A stretch of 64,000 bases of DNA from Haplodiscus bocki (lineage: Eukaryota): assembly GCA_965655095.1 (NCBI GenBank), contig OZ296659.1, positions 73,346,001-73,410,000 of the forward strand, written 5' to 3'. Shown piece by piece: positions 49,560 through 61,013 of the stretch. Each line of letters opens with the position of its first letter. Positions within the stretch are counted from its first letter, which is position 1. A program made the translations under genes and the position numbers. A model generated the notes under the pieces. That model saw nothing but the letters and a program-made list of their open reading frames with translations, ran no database searches and was not told the origin of the DNA.

Positions 49560-52500
49560 AGCACAACAAGGCAAGTTAGCGAGTTTTAGGGAACATATTC
49601 AATGTCACTGTCTTCCTGATATAAAGTCGTTTCGTGTTATTTTGATTGCCTTGACTTTTGCAGCGTGTCCCGTTTACGAAACGTTATTCTTCATTGGCCT
49701 CCCAGTCAATGAACGGAAACCAAGGGCTGGGACTGGCAACATCTGAATCAACGTCTTCTAAACATGACAATTGATCCCAGTCAATAACATTGCATATCAG
49801 ATCGTCTGATTCGAAAGACTGGTTGTAACCAGTATATGGGTAGGCTAAAACACCTTTGACAACCCACAAAGTCGGAGATTTCTAAGATTGAAAAGTTTTG
49901 TGAGCAGCAAAAAACTCTAGTGCGGCGGAAATCTCCGATGAGGAAAATGTTACTGAACTAGGAACTTACTAGATGAAGGCAGCGATTCGAATGCTCGTTG
50001 CAGAGAACCATGAAGCCGTGTTGTTGAATCTTTTTAACTAAGCGACCCAAAAGCTAATGTTGTAGACGCTAGTGAGGGGGAGGAAGATGTTCTCTTGAAG
50101 AAAGAGCACGATCCAGAACCGGAAAGAGTCGTTGGTAGTCGAAGAAACTAGAACCAAACAAGAGTGAAGCCTTTCAAAAACTGTTTGGGTAGAAAAACTA
50201 AATGTGAGATAAATTTTGGAGACGAAAGAAAACAGACCTGCATTTTAATCTGCAGTTTAGTCAACAAGTGTAGAGAATTTGAAATGCCCATATGCCAGAG
50301 ATGAGATTCCCTTTTCCGGCAGGAACCGTTTGTCGTCGAATGAACTGATTGACACTTTATCTTTTTCGTTGACCACAAATTCATGACAGTGTGAGTGGAC
50401 TTGTGTAATGGTTTTGGTTAGTTCCTTCTTCTAGAAAAAGCAGTTCGTGAAACTTGTGATTCAAAGTTTATTTGACCGACTTTTGAACGCCTTTAGCGCT
50501 CGGCTTCTTCCAACCTACCTATTTAGTACTGTAGATTTCCGACCGTAGAGAAACGACTTCTTGCAGAATTTTATCATGCAATCCGTCTGTCATCGTTAAT
50601 GGTACTTTTTTATTTCTTGGATCCAGCAGAAAGTGTTTTTTCAGTTGTCCGGAAGGCCCAGCAGGTGATTGAAGGAAGCCATCTCCTTGTACAGATCAAT
50701 CAAATAGAGGGGCGAATCAGTGTCTTTAAAGGCCGCTTTCAATTGACTGGACGAGTAACGAGGTACCATTTCCGCATAATGGAACTTGTACAGTGACAAA
50801 TTTGACAAATCGAGCATTGAAGGACCCACGGGGGTTGATTTAGTCCAAGCCACAAACGAAATTTTAAACGAAACGCAAACCAAATCCTGTCTAAAAAATT
50901 GCAAAAACTTGAACGTTGCTCTTTGAGCAAAGGCTTCGTGTTGAGGATTTGATACAAATTTTACCTTGGATGGCATTTTCAAGTTTTCCATGGTTTGGCC
51001 AAAACACGCATTACTCATCAACTTAGAAAAGTTCGTTTCAAAATTGTTTGTAGTCTGCTTCCCCATAACAGTATTTTTCTCAAAGTAGACGCCCAACCCT
51101 TTGCTTTGCTGGACTTCCTAAACCCGATGCATCTTTTCGACTATCAACCCGTGCTTGTTATAAAATTTGGTTCTCATGATGACACACGAAATTTTTTTAT
51201 CTACAAGGTTTTCAATTAGCTTGGGAGTTTTGCTGTGTTTAATGCCAAAAAACTGTGCAAGGGGTTAAAGCCAGGAGGATCATAAAGTTCGTTTCATAGG
51301 AGCAAGTGGAAGTCCATTGTGAAGGTTGTGGAGATATTGAGAATATTTGAGGTCCACTTCCACAAAATACCCTGAATATGAACTTTCTGGATTTTCCAAC
51401 TGTTGTTTGAATGTTCTTTTTGAGTTCGATCTGTAGTTTCCCCGAGGCATCATTTTTTGCAATGTGCCGGCGTGAGAGATGTTACATCATAAAATCTGCC
51501 GAATGTAGTTTTTTGACTTGAATCGAATGTGTTGTGATGGGGATTGTTCGCAGTGAAATGCCGCAACTCGCCAACTCCGTTGATGCTACTCCGAATGCCA
51601 CACTCAGAAAACAAAAGAATATCAATATCTTCCAGAAATCCCAATTTCACTCTAGTCGAGACAAGCATAGACTCCCAACTCAGATATGGAGCAGAATAAA
51701 AGTGAGCGGGATCGAGCTGGTAAACGATCAAGCAGACACTTCGGAACTTCTCTAAAATATCAGCCAGAAAAAATACATCAGTCTTCAGATAGACGCCGTG
51801 GTGTTTTCCCAAGTTTGTGCAACAGAGTATTGTGTTGATGTCAAATGATTGTTGATAATCATGTAAGGTAAGGTAAGGTATCAACTTTACCAAAGAGGCA
51901 GCTTTTCCATGAGTCAACGAAAGCTAGTAAAAGCTCTTCAAATTTTTGCGAAGCTGTTGAGGAAATTGTAGGCAAAGAAACCTTTTTGGGTTAGATTACA
52001 GAACAATTGGTCCAAAATTTTTGGAAGAAAGTCCTTGAGTAAGTAATAAGAAATTGCCCGCTTTGAGTGTTAACGCAAAGTTTTCCAAACTTTGGGAAAC
52101 AAACTGGTGAGTATCGAGGAAGAGCATCGATTGAAAGAGTTTTACAGCTTTCCAAAAATTTTTGTGTGTAAACCCACAGGCATATTGACACTGAGGGAAG
52201 AAAGTTTTTGTCAGTTTTGCCAATTGCGGAGAGTTTTTTGGATGGTTTGAGCTTTAGTTGTTTAAGAATAGGATGGGCACCGAATCTTGACAAATTATGG
52301 GAAAAAACAGGTAAAAATATTGTAGTCCTGGATCTCAATTTCATTTTTGAATGAGCCACACCAACAAGACCTCCAGATGATTGACAACGGCGGATGACTC
52401 TTGCTGCTTTTTCAACGTCTTTACCACATATACAACGCAAAACAGTACAAAAGTTTACCATTCGCATTTGCTGTTGCTGGGATATTCTCAAGAGTCCAAA

Positions 52501-54217
52501 AGCCTGCTTTTCGTTACAACAACATAAGACCCAGTCATGCAACGTGTCCAACAACTTTGCGATGCAATCTTCCCCTATGCAAAAGCGCTGCTTAGCCATT
52601 CCATTGGCTAAAACAAAAACAAGAAATGAATAAGGAGAAACTGCTTTTTCCCGTAGTTGGGAGAAACGTTTAAGCGAACGAGAAATTAATCTAGTACATT
52701 GATAAAACAATAAACTTCTACAATCAATGGGGAACGCTCTGAAACTAGCTGCATACTAGCGCTCAATTTCTCTTGTCCGGACTTTCACGTTCAGAATCTG
52801 TGTCGACGCAACATTGCTGACTTCGAGATCAGCATATACAACAAAAGGAGAATTTTGCGTTCTTTTTCAATTAACAAACTCGGCAGATGACAACTCGATT
52901 GGCAATCCATTCTCGAGTGGGCATTGCTCCCGCAGAGAGTGCTGTTTATGAATTTAAAGTTAAGTATCGGTTGAAAACAGTTCTGGCAGAATCGTGACTT
53001 TGGCCCTTTGTTTTGATTCGATTTCGACAGACAGAGAAAATGAATCATTTTTAAGATGTTTTTCACCAAATAACATTGAATGTTTTTTTTCTCCAGTAAG
53101 CGCAGTAGGTCATTTCTGTGCCGTCCCTTTCGGTTCTTACTGTGATACACTGACACCAGTTTGGAGTTCTCTAATTGAGAAAAAACGATTGAGCAGTGAT
53201 TTCGCATTTAAAACGTAGGTATGGCGGACAGAGGCTTTGGACTTAACTTTGGGTTGAAAGAAAATTGTGCCATGTTTTTTTGTGAATCTCTGAACTATGA
53301 GGTCACCCAACAAAGTGAAAAAATGCCACTGCAATACAACTGAAGAGACAAATATTATCTCGCTTACTGACCACAGTCAAAATGGAACGTTTCAAGGGTT
53401 TAAAAAAGGCAGTGCTTCTACATGGGAACCCCCAGTGACATTGCCACAACCAGCAGCTTTTTCCGGCTTTTTCAAAAATTCTACGACCCAACCTGAACCA
53501 CCAGTGGAGAACACGTTCAATTGTGTCATCAATGCGCCTAAATGGTGCATCTATTCATCTTCAGTCAATTCACAGGCAGTTCTACACCTTGGCAAATTGA
53601 AGAAAGCCTCAAAAGCTTCACTTTTGTTAGGCTTTTCCAGCCTGCCAGCGATGCTCAACCCAAATCTCAAATTCGACGTTTCTCCCAATAGCGCATTCAA
53701 AAAAAACTTTTTCCCGCACGAAAATAAGCTGGTTGAACGGCTCCAAAGCACCACTGTCGTCAAATTTTAGCTGATGAGTTCTATATTCTGAAATCATTGT
53801 TTCTGTTGTGAATGCTAACAAATCGGTGAAATCAACATTCACAGTGGAAGAAGATATCTCGTTATGGTACTGCTCCTGATGATTTTTCAATGATTTCAAC
53901 ACTTCAAAGTGCGTGGGACAAAAAAAACAAAGATAACCACAGCCTGCTTCGTGTTGGTTGCTGAGATGATGCAATAAGTTGCAAGATTTCGAGAAGAAAA
54001 CCTCGCCCTGAGCAAACTTTAAAAATCTCGCGGAAACATTCTCTTGACAATTGTGTTTCTTTCGCTTGTGATCATTCAAAGCACGTTTTGAGCTCAATAA
54101 TTTACCACATTCAATACATGGAAACAATTTTGTGGAAGTCTCGGAGAAAGAACTTGAAAAAATCGTGGTCGCATTTGGAAAAGTAAGAAGTTTGCAAATT
54201 AAAAACGAGAAACGCAA
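49560..54217 (-). pseudogene. Protein-primed family B DNA polymerase (Polinton B) with N-terminal C2H2 fingers and endonuclease-VII-like insert
   Basis: CIECGK..NDHKRKKH and CFFC..NHQEQYH, then CICG...GVAH, FSHNLSRF, YLKTDVFFLAD, YDVTSL (motif A), YFVEVDLKY..LH.LH..LPLAP, KLMSNACFGQTMEN (motif B), FKDTDS (motif C) and KGVQK. Confidence 0.92.
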
Positions 54218-54710
54218 TAAAAATTTCTCATTTTTTCAGTTCCACTGGACCATGACTTTTCACAGTGCTGGTTGACGCTTCTCCAATAACGCTGATTTTG
54301 AACAGTACAATAACGTTAAATCGCCTAACAGTAGATTCCTTGAAAGTTGGCTGTTTAAACGTTTCAGAAATTAGTTTATCAAATTCATTTTGGGCGCAAT
54401 AGCTAAGAAAACGCGTTTGCGGAATGAAACTGCCAAAACGACAGCTAATATTCAGTTTTCGTTGATTTTGATCAGTTCTGGTTCCCAACACTGAAACTAA
54501 CATAAAGAATAAATGGTAGAAGAATTTCGACAGTTGGATTGCCAACTGTCAAAATAGTCAACAAAATTCAGTTGAGGTTGATTTTGCACTTTCACCTTTT
54601 TGACTGAGAAAATTTTCGGCTTCGGAGTCAAAAATTGCGTTTAACCCCCCCCCCCCCCTTTTCCATACTACTTATAGCAGCTCACTACACTATCTCGACA
54701 CTGAAGGAAA

Positions 54711-55083
54711 GAACTAGAGCTGAGACGATTTGAGCCTATTCCCTCAAGTCGCGTCCTAGTGTGCTTACTATTGTACTACTGCCTCGATTTCCAAGCAATC
54801 ACTCTAGACTCAAGTGCAAATTTAGTAGATGATAAGTTACTCCCTTCTGGAAGGACTTTTCGCCCTCATTATCACAACTAGAGGACACTCATTGGTACGA
54901 GCGACATTTCAGCTCTGCCACTGTAGTAACCCACTACACTTTCTAGAGATTCAAGCAAAGAATTAGATCTGAAAACATTCGACGAACCTGTTCCTCAAGT
55001 ATCGACCTACAAGTATCGACCTAGTGTGCTAACCATTAATTACATTACAGCTCCTATTTCCAAGCTATCCGTCTAGACTTAGG
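54711..55083 (-). repeat. Two imperfect direct copies of a tRNA-derived (SINE-like) unit
   Basis: 54711-54815 and 54960-55083 share CCTCAAGT..CCTAGTGTGCT..ATTTCCAAGC..TCTAGACT. The minus strand shows degenerate A-box/B-box spacing. Confidence 0.4.
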
Positions 55084-55170
55084 TTCTGTGGTCAATCTTC
55101 AACAACATACAACGAACTCGTCAATGTTACCTGGAGAAGGTAGTTGGCCGGCTTTCAACAACAAGATGAT

Positions 55171-55527
55171 GGGTAACGTCTCATAGCTCCGAATAGTCAT
55201 AGCGCCGAAATTAAGAAACGAGGTGCATAACTCCGAATTAAATTAGCGTACCTAGAGATTCTTTAGTATCATTTTTACAACGATTAAAATAACTAATTTT
55301 GATGCGGAAGTCAAGTATAAAGTAAATAAAATTATGAATTTAAATAAAATAAATTGGTGCCAAAATGCGAAAATTATCGAAGTAAATATAAAACTGAAGG
55401 GAAAATTGTCGGAAACCAATAAAATCATTCAGTTCGAACAAATAAAAACATGCTTTCACTAGAGATTCAAATTTTAATTCGGAGTTATGATACTAAAACA
55501 CAAATTCGGAGCTAAGAATAGCCACCC
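55171..55527. mobile_element. MITE (357 bp) with GGGT...ACCC imperfect TIRs and 6-bp TSD GATGAT
   Basis: Left GGGTAACGTCTCATAGCTCCGAA versus reverse-complemented right GGGTGGCTATTCTTAGCTCCGAA. GATGAT at 55165-55170 and 55528-55533. Confidence 0.75.
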
Positions 55528-56312
55528 GATGATGAAGGGAGACGATTCCTCCTCCTGAAGATTGTGGCCGAATCACATTTATTATTACTAATTTTAGTGG
55601 ATGTAATAATTCTAATGTTACCTAAATTTCGTTCATGCGCTCTATTTTCCTTGCATAAATTTGTTAAGGTGTCCTTTTTTCTGGGCTGTGTGCTTGTTTT
55701 TATCAAATTTGAAGCTAATTAACTCATAGCTGTTCGTGCTTATTAAATTTAGTTATATACAACCCTTAATTAACTCTGTTCAATTGTTTAATCATTAATT
55801 TCCGTAGTACCGTGGCCCCTTCAAAATCATTTATCTCTGTTCGATTTGTATTGTGTTGGCTCAAGTGTTGCGGAGCCCAGCTTCGCCTGTGTTTCAATCA
55901 AATTTCGGGTTCGTTGGCTGCAAAGGAAACTCTTCAATAGATCGTGTCGGAGAGTGCAGTTCTGAGTGTTGAATATAGTAAATAGAGCAAGCACCTTGTT
56001 TGCAACTTTTGGTTCGTGGAAAACTAAACCAGAAAGCAATCACACCAGTAGACTCGGTTTTGATTGTTTTTCCAATCTTGGAAACTTTTCAATAAAACTA
56101 TCACCAGTTATAATCATTAGTAAGATAAAAAAACATCTAGATAGTATCGAAAATTTTTTCTTTAAAAAAACTTTTCCTGGCTTTTAGAGCAAAATACTTT
56201 TCTCAATAGTTTTTTCTAGACCCGGGCCGGGAACACGATGATAAAACCTTTATTGACGAGATTAAATAATGACATCTGACCTTTTTTTTTGTTTCAGATA
56301 GTCTCAACCAGA

Positions 56313-57559
56313 ATGAAAAAACGAAAGCATGCTCACAAATCTTCCAAAAGCTCTAAAAAGGCCAAGCGAAAACGCGTCGACTCCGACAGTGACTCAAATT
56401 ATGAAGGCCTTTCTGAAAATGATGTGGTAAATGATTCCGATATGGATCCCTTTGATGCAATTGCTCTTGAAGGTGCCAAAAATGACGAGTTTCTTCCGAA
56501 AGGCGCTCATCGAAAAGCCGCCGATAATTACGAAGAGGACGAATATGGTGGAAAAGATTACCGCAAATTACTGCAACTCAAGCCCGATCATAGCCTCCGC
56601 TCTCTGTACATTGCACCAGATGGTCACATTTTTCTGGAATCTTTCAGTCCTGTTTATAAGCACGCGCATGATTTTCTTATAGCTATCGCAGAACCTGTTT
56701 GTCGGCCTAAATTGATTCATGAATACAAACTTACAGCATACTCATTATACGCAGCCGTTTCTGTTGGTCTCAAAACTGATGACATTATTGAATATCTCAG
56801 AAGACTTTGCAAGACTTCTCTTCCCGAAGAAATTGTTGACTTCATTAAGGCCTGTACAATGAGTTATGGAAAAGTCAAGTTGGTTTTAAAATATAACAGA
56901 TACTTCATTGAGAGTGTCCACGCTGAAGTAATTCAGCGGCTGTTGAAAGATTCAGTTATAGCAGGAATTCGAATCGATTCTGTTGATCCTACTCAATCTG
57001 AATCATCACACACCAGTGATAAACTAACCAACCAATTCGCTTCTATTACCAAAGCTGAGAGCTCCGCCACTGAAGTTGCAAATGCTCCAGGTGCTGCTGA
57101 AGTTGGTTCCTCTGCCGTTCCTGAGGATATCAGCAAGTTTTACGAGCAAATGGATAAAGATGACGATGATGCGGAAATATCAAATGCAGTGTCGTTCGAA
57201 ATTGACCCGAGTCAGTTGGAAGTGCTTCAGAAACGTTGCATTGAATTGGATTGCCCTCTGTTAGCTGAGTATGACTTCAAACATGACACCAGAAATGCTG
57301 ATATTTTGATGGATTTGAAAAGTAGCACGACATTGCGACCTTACCAAGAGCGAAGTTTGAGGAAAATGTTCGGTAATGGCAGAGCCAGGTCTGGAATTAT
57401 TGTATTGCCATGTGGTGCTGGTAAAACATTGGTTGGTGTAACAGCAGCATGTACGGTCAGAAAACGATGCTTGGTTCTTTGCACTTCAAGTGTGAGTGTT
57501 GATCAGTGGAAGCAGCAGTTCAAGCTGTGGTCAACTGCCGATGATGCCTCAATATGCAG
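56313..57559 (+). CDS. ERCC3: TFIIH basal transcription/NER helicase XPB, coding exon 1
   Basis: Basic [50 protein letters not shown] and Walker [14 protein letters not shown]. Donor AG|GTTGGT at 57560. Confidence 0.97.
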
Positions 57560-57823
57560 GTTGGTTTAGGTGAAATGTGTTGGTGGGTTAAGATAGTAAA
57601 TAAACCAGGAAAATTTACGACTTTCAGTTTTTATGAGGTTTTAAACCACGATCGTCTGCTACGGTTGTAATTATACTGAGAATTACGGAAAGAGTGGTTA
57701 TTCTCTTGATTTTTCTGCCAGATTTAGAAGAATTAATGCGAAAATTTGAATGCGATAGATTAGAGTTGCTGTTTTGATTGCAAATTGGCATAACTCTGCA
57801 CTGTTCTCTTTTTTCATTGCAAG

Positions 57824-59006
57824 GTTCACATCGGATTCTAAAGACAAACCCCAGAATGCTTCAGTCTGTATCAGTACCTATACCATGATCGCATACCAGG
57901 GCAAACGGTCTTGGGAGTCTGAACAAGTTATGAAACACCTCCAGTCTTTGGAATGGGGTCTCTTACTTCTTGACGAGGTGCATACAATTCCAGCGAAGCA
58001 GTTCAGGCGAGTTTTATCTGTCATTCAAGCCCATTGCAAACTCGGGTTAACTGCCACGTTGGTAAGAGAAGACGATAAAATCGCGGATCTGAATTTCCTC
58101 ATAGGCCCGAAGTTGTACGAAGCAAACTGGATGGAGTTGCAAAACAACGGGTTCATTGCACGGGTCCAGTGTGCAGAAGTTTGGTGTCCCATGACTCCGG
58201 AGTTTTATCGAGAATATTTGTCAACTCCGACTGCCAAAAAGTTATTGTTTTACGTTATGAACCCCAACAAATTCCGAGTTTGTCAGTATCTGATTCGCTA
58301 CCATGAAAGACGCGATGACAAAATTATTGTATTTTCCGACAACGTGTTTGCCCTAAAAGCGTACGCTACCAAGTTAAATAAACCCTTCATTTATGGCCCA
58401 ACGTCACACGCTGAAAGAGTTCAAATCTTGCAGAACTTTCAGTTTAACCCAAAAATTAACACAATTTTCATATCGAAAGTTGGAGATACATCTTTTGATT
58501 TGCCTGAAGCCAATGTTTTGATCCAAATTTCAGCCCACGGAGGTTCGAGGCGACAAGAAGCTCAGCGTCTGGGTAGAATTCTGCGGGCCAAAAAGGGTTC
58601 TTTGGCAGAAGAATTCAATGCTTATTTCTATTCTTTAGTTTCAAAAGACACAATGGAGGTCCAGTTTTCTCAAAAACGACAAAGGTTTCTTATAAATCAG
58701 GGCTATGCTTACAAAGTTATTGCCGAGTTACCGGGCATGGAATCAGAAAGTTTGGACTTTTCGACCAAGAAAGAGCAGCAACAGTTGCTTCAGCAGATAA
58801 TTGCGGCTTCTGATTTGGACGCGGAAGAGGAGCAAGTACCTGCTACCGAGGCAGGTGTTTCCGGTGGAGGGGCGAGCGGAAGTAAAGGGGCTTCCAAACA
58901 AGTACAGTCTTCGATGGCTAGCTTATCTGGGGCTGATGATATGTACTACACTGAGATGAAAAAACCCAACACCAAAGTTCATCCGCTTTTCAAGCGCTTC
59001 AGATAG
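57824..59006 (+). CDS. ERCC3: XPB coding exon 2 (spliced protein ~809 aa)
   Basis: Polypyrimidine tract plus AAG acceptor at 57823; splicing restores [12 protein letters not shown]. Further motifs are [16 protein letters not shown] (RED loop), [14 protein letters not shown] and the C-terminal HPLFKRFR. The 264-bp GT-AG intron is phase 2. Confidence 0.97.
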
Positions 59007-59008
59007 TG

Positions 59009-59014
59009 AATAAA
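59009..59014 (+). terminator. Candidate polyadenylation signal AATAAA for XPB
   Basis: Starts 3 nt after the stop codon, with T-rich sequence downstream. Confidence 0.45.
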
Positions 59015-59144
59015 TTGAAAAAATTCTTTTGATAAAAATTGATCCTAGAATTATTGATTGAGATGCTTTGTTTTATTTCATTTCTTGTTTCACTTTTTTT
59101 CGATCAGTTTTTATTTTCTGGCCATATTTATTATATGGAAATAA

Positions 59145-59598
59145 AATTATCCAACCCGGTGCGTTTTTTCACATTTACTTGCCAATTGTCCGGCCAGAAC
59201 GACCGGAGGACGATTCTGAATTTGAAATTTTTCATCACCAAATTATAGCAAATTTGCCGTGAAATGCGACTGAAATAGTAAGATTTCTCAAATGCGTACG
59301 AAAATTGGGGCTTTTTGAAAAAGTTGTGTATTTTCCAAAAAAAAACTGATTTTTTTCCAAAATCGGTAAATTGGAGAATTTGCTGTAGAATGCGTATCAA
59401 ATGATATTTTTTCTTAAAACTGTTTTTGCCACCTTAATTGTGAGGTTGTTTTGCAAAAAAAAATCAGAAAGTTTTCAAATTTCGAAAAAGTATAAAATTT
59501 GATGGAGTAGTTTTTGAGAAAACAAACGCTTCCATCCTAAAAGATTTTTTAAAAAAATTGAGGGCGGAGAACATGCCAGTTGTAGCCGGCCGTCTTGT
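59145..59598 (+). repeat. Dispersed non-autonomous repeat (possibly Helitron/Helentron-derived), related to 40659-41100
   Basis: Shared core with 40860-41090. Ends in GC-rich GCCGGCCGTCTTGT. Confidence 0.55.
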
Positions 59599-60963
59599 TA
59601 GGTTAATCGGGTGCAATCAAGTGGTAACAAAGCACAATCCAAACGTCCAATAAACTATCAATAAGCTGCGCCAGACTAATTTCGTTTGCTCACTATAGAA
59701 AATTAGCATTCAGTGAAATTTGATTGTACTTGAGCCGAATTGAAAAGTTTTATAAATTCAAAAAGTCAAAAAATCTGCTGCTGCAAAATAATCATCTTTT
59801 TTCTCGTGCTGTTAGATCTCAAAATCTGAGCACTCGTAAAACGAGAGATGTGCTGAAAAACTAGAAACATTTTCCTGTTTCTTTGCATTTCTAAATTTTC
59901 GACTTTTAGTTTCTCCAAAAAACCGTAGAAGTTTAAGAATTCAAAAAATTATATATAGCAGGAAAAAGTCAATGAATGCATGGAAACTGACAAAATTACA
60001 GCGAAGATTTCGAGCGCTCTGAATAATAATTGTTAAATTCAATTAAATGAACATAAGCTTAATGATCTACAATTAAGCAGCCAAAGCACAATCAAGGTAA
60101 GGCACTGAATTAAGGTGTCTGAGTAACCTAACTCCAAATTAGGTTAAAATGAAAAGTAATGAAAAATGAAATATTTCGGACAGAACGCTGGCGTCCATAG
60201 AGGCGTGAACAAACGGGGTTATTCCAACTGAATTCGTGTCAGAAAAGTTCCAGTCGAAGTAGAAAATTGAGACTTGCTAGTAGTAAGTCAAGGTTGCTAC
60301 AGTTGAATACGCATCAAAGTAGTTGATTTAAAACATTTTATTAAGACCAATTGCGATGAAAATTATAAGTTTGACGATACTGCCTATTGTGTATGTGTCT
60401 CAAAAAACTAAGGTCAGCAGGAAACGAAGCCTTTTCAGACTTGGGAAACTTGACAGAATATTTTTGGTTCACTACAAAATAGTAACTAACTTTCTAAAAG
60501 TGTAAATTGATTCAACATGGCAGCATATAGATGGTAATTTCACACATTCTAACTGAAACGATGAAAATGTATTTGAAACCAGCTTATGCCTTTATCATGC
60601 CCAAAACTTGTTCTTTTCGACGTCATCAGAGATTCTAGTCATCTTGTCCAAACTCAAACACAGTCTCAAAAGTCAACTACATCTCCGGTTGAGGTTTCAA
60701 ATTTTTTTGTGATCCATGATCTCAACTGAAGTCAATGTGCTGCGAGTTCTGCATCGCCTCTGTTATTATTTTTGCCAAAATTAAAATAGGAGAATCATGC
60801 ACTTTCGATGAACTTAACGTCTATTTTCCGATTGAACGACCTTGATGATATTGAAATTTTATCTGTATTTTATATTGGGGGATCCCATACAGCTTCATAA
60901 CTTCCTATATTTTGTTCAATTTTTGGCTCCAATTTGCCATATAAAGTCATCAACACAAGGCAA

Positions 60964-61013
60964 TAGCCTCACAATGTAGTGATCCCATGCAGGATCACTA
61001 CATTGTGAGGCTA
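60964..61013. repeat. Perfect 22-bp inverted repeat with 6-nt loop
   Basis: TAGCCTCACAATGTAGTGATCC-catgca-GGATCACTACATTGTGAGGCTA. Confidence 0.95.

Larger units (their letters stand above)
38481..54672. mobile_element. Polinton/Maverick element B (different family), pseudogenised
   Basis: ATPase-integrase-penton-small protein-MCP on +, convergent pPolB on -. The right end is C-tract...CCATACTACT (canonical ACTACT-3'). The left boundary is uncertain. Confidence 0.88.

Noticed and set aside
54711-54815. tRNA gene
   Set aside because: The A/B boxes are degenerate, there is no convincing cloverleaf, and a second decayed copy follows. At best it is SINE-like.
56289-59006. Two separate genes, or a viral/prokaryotic helicase belonging to the Polinton
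   Set aside because: The GT-AG intron restores the continuous canonical eukaryotic XPB sequence, and the gene lies outside the ACTACT terminus at 54672.
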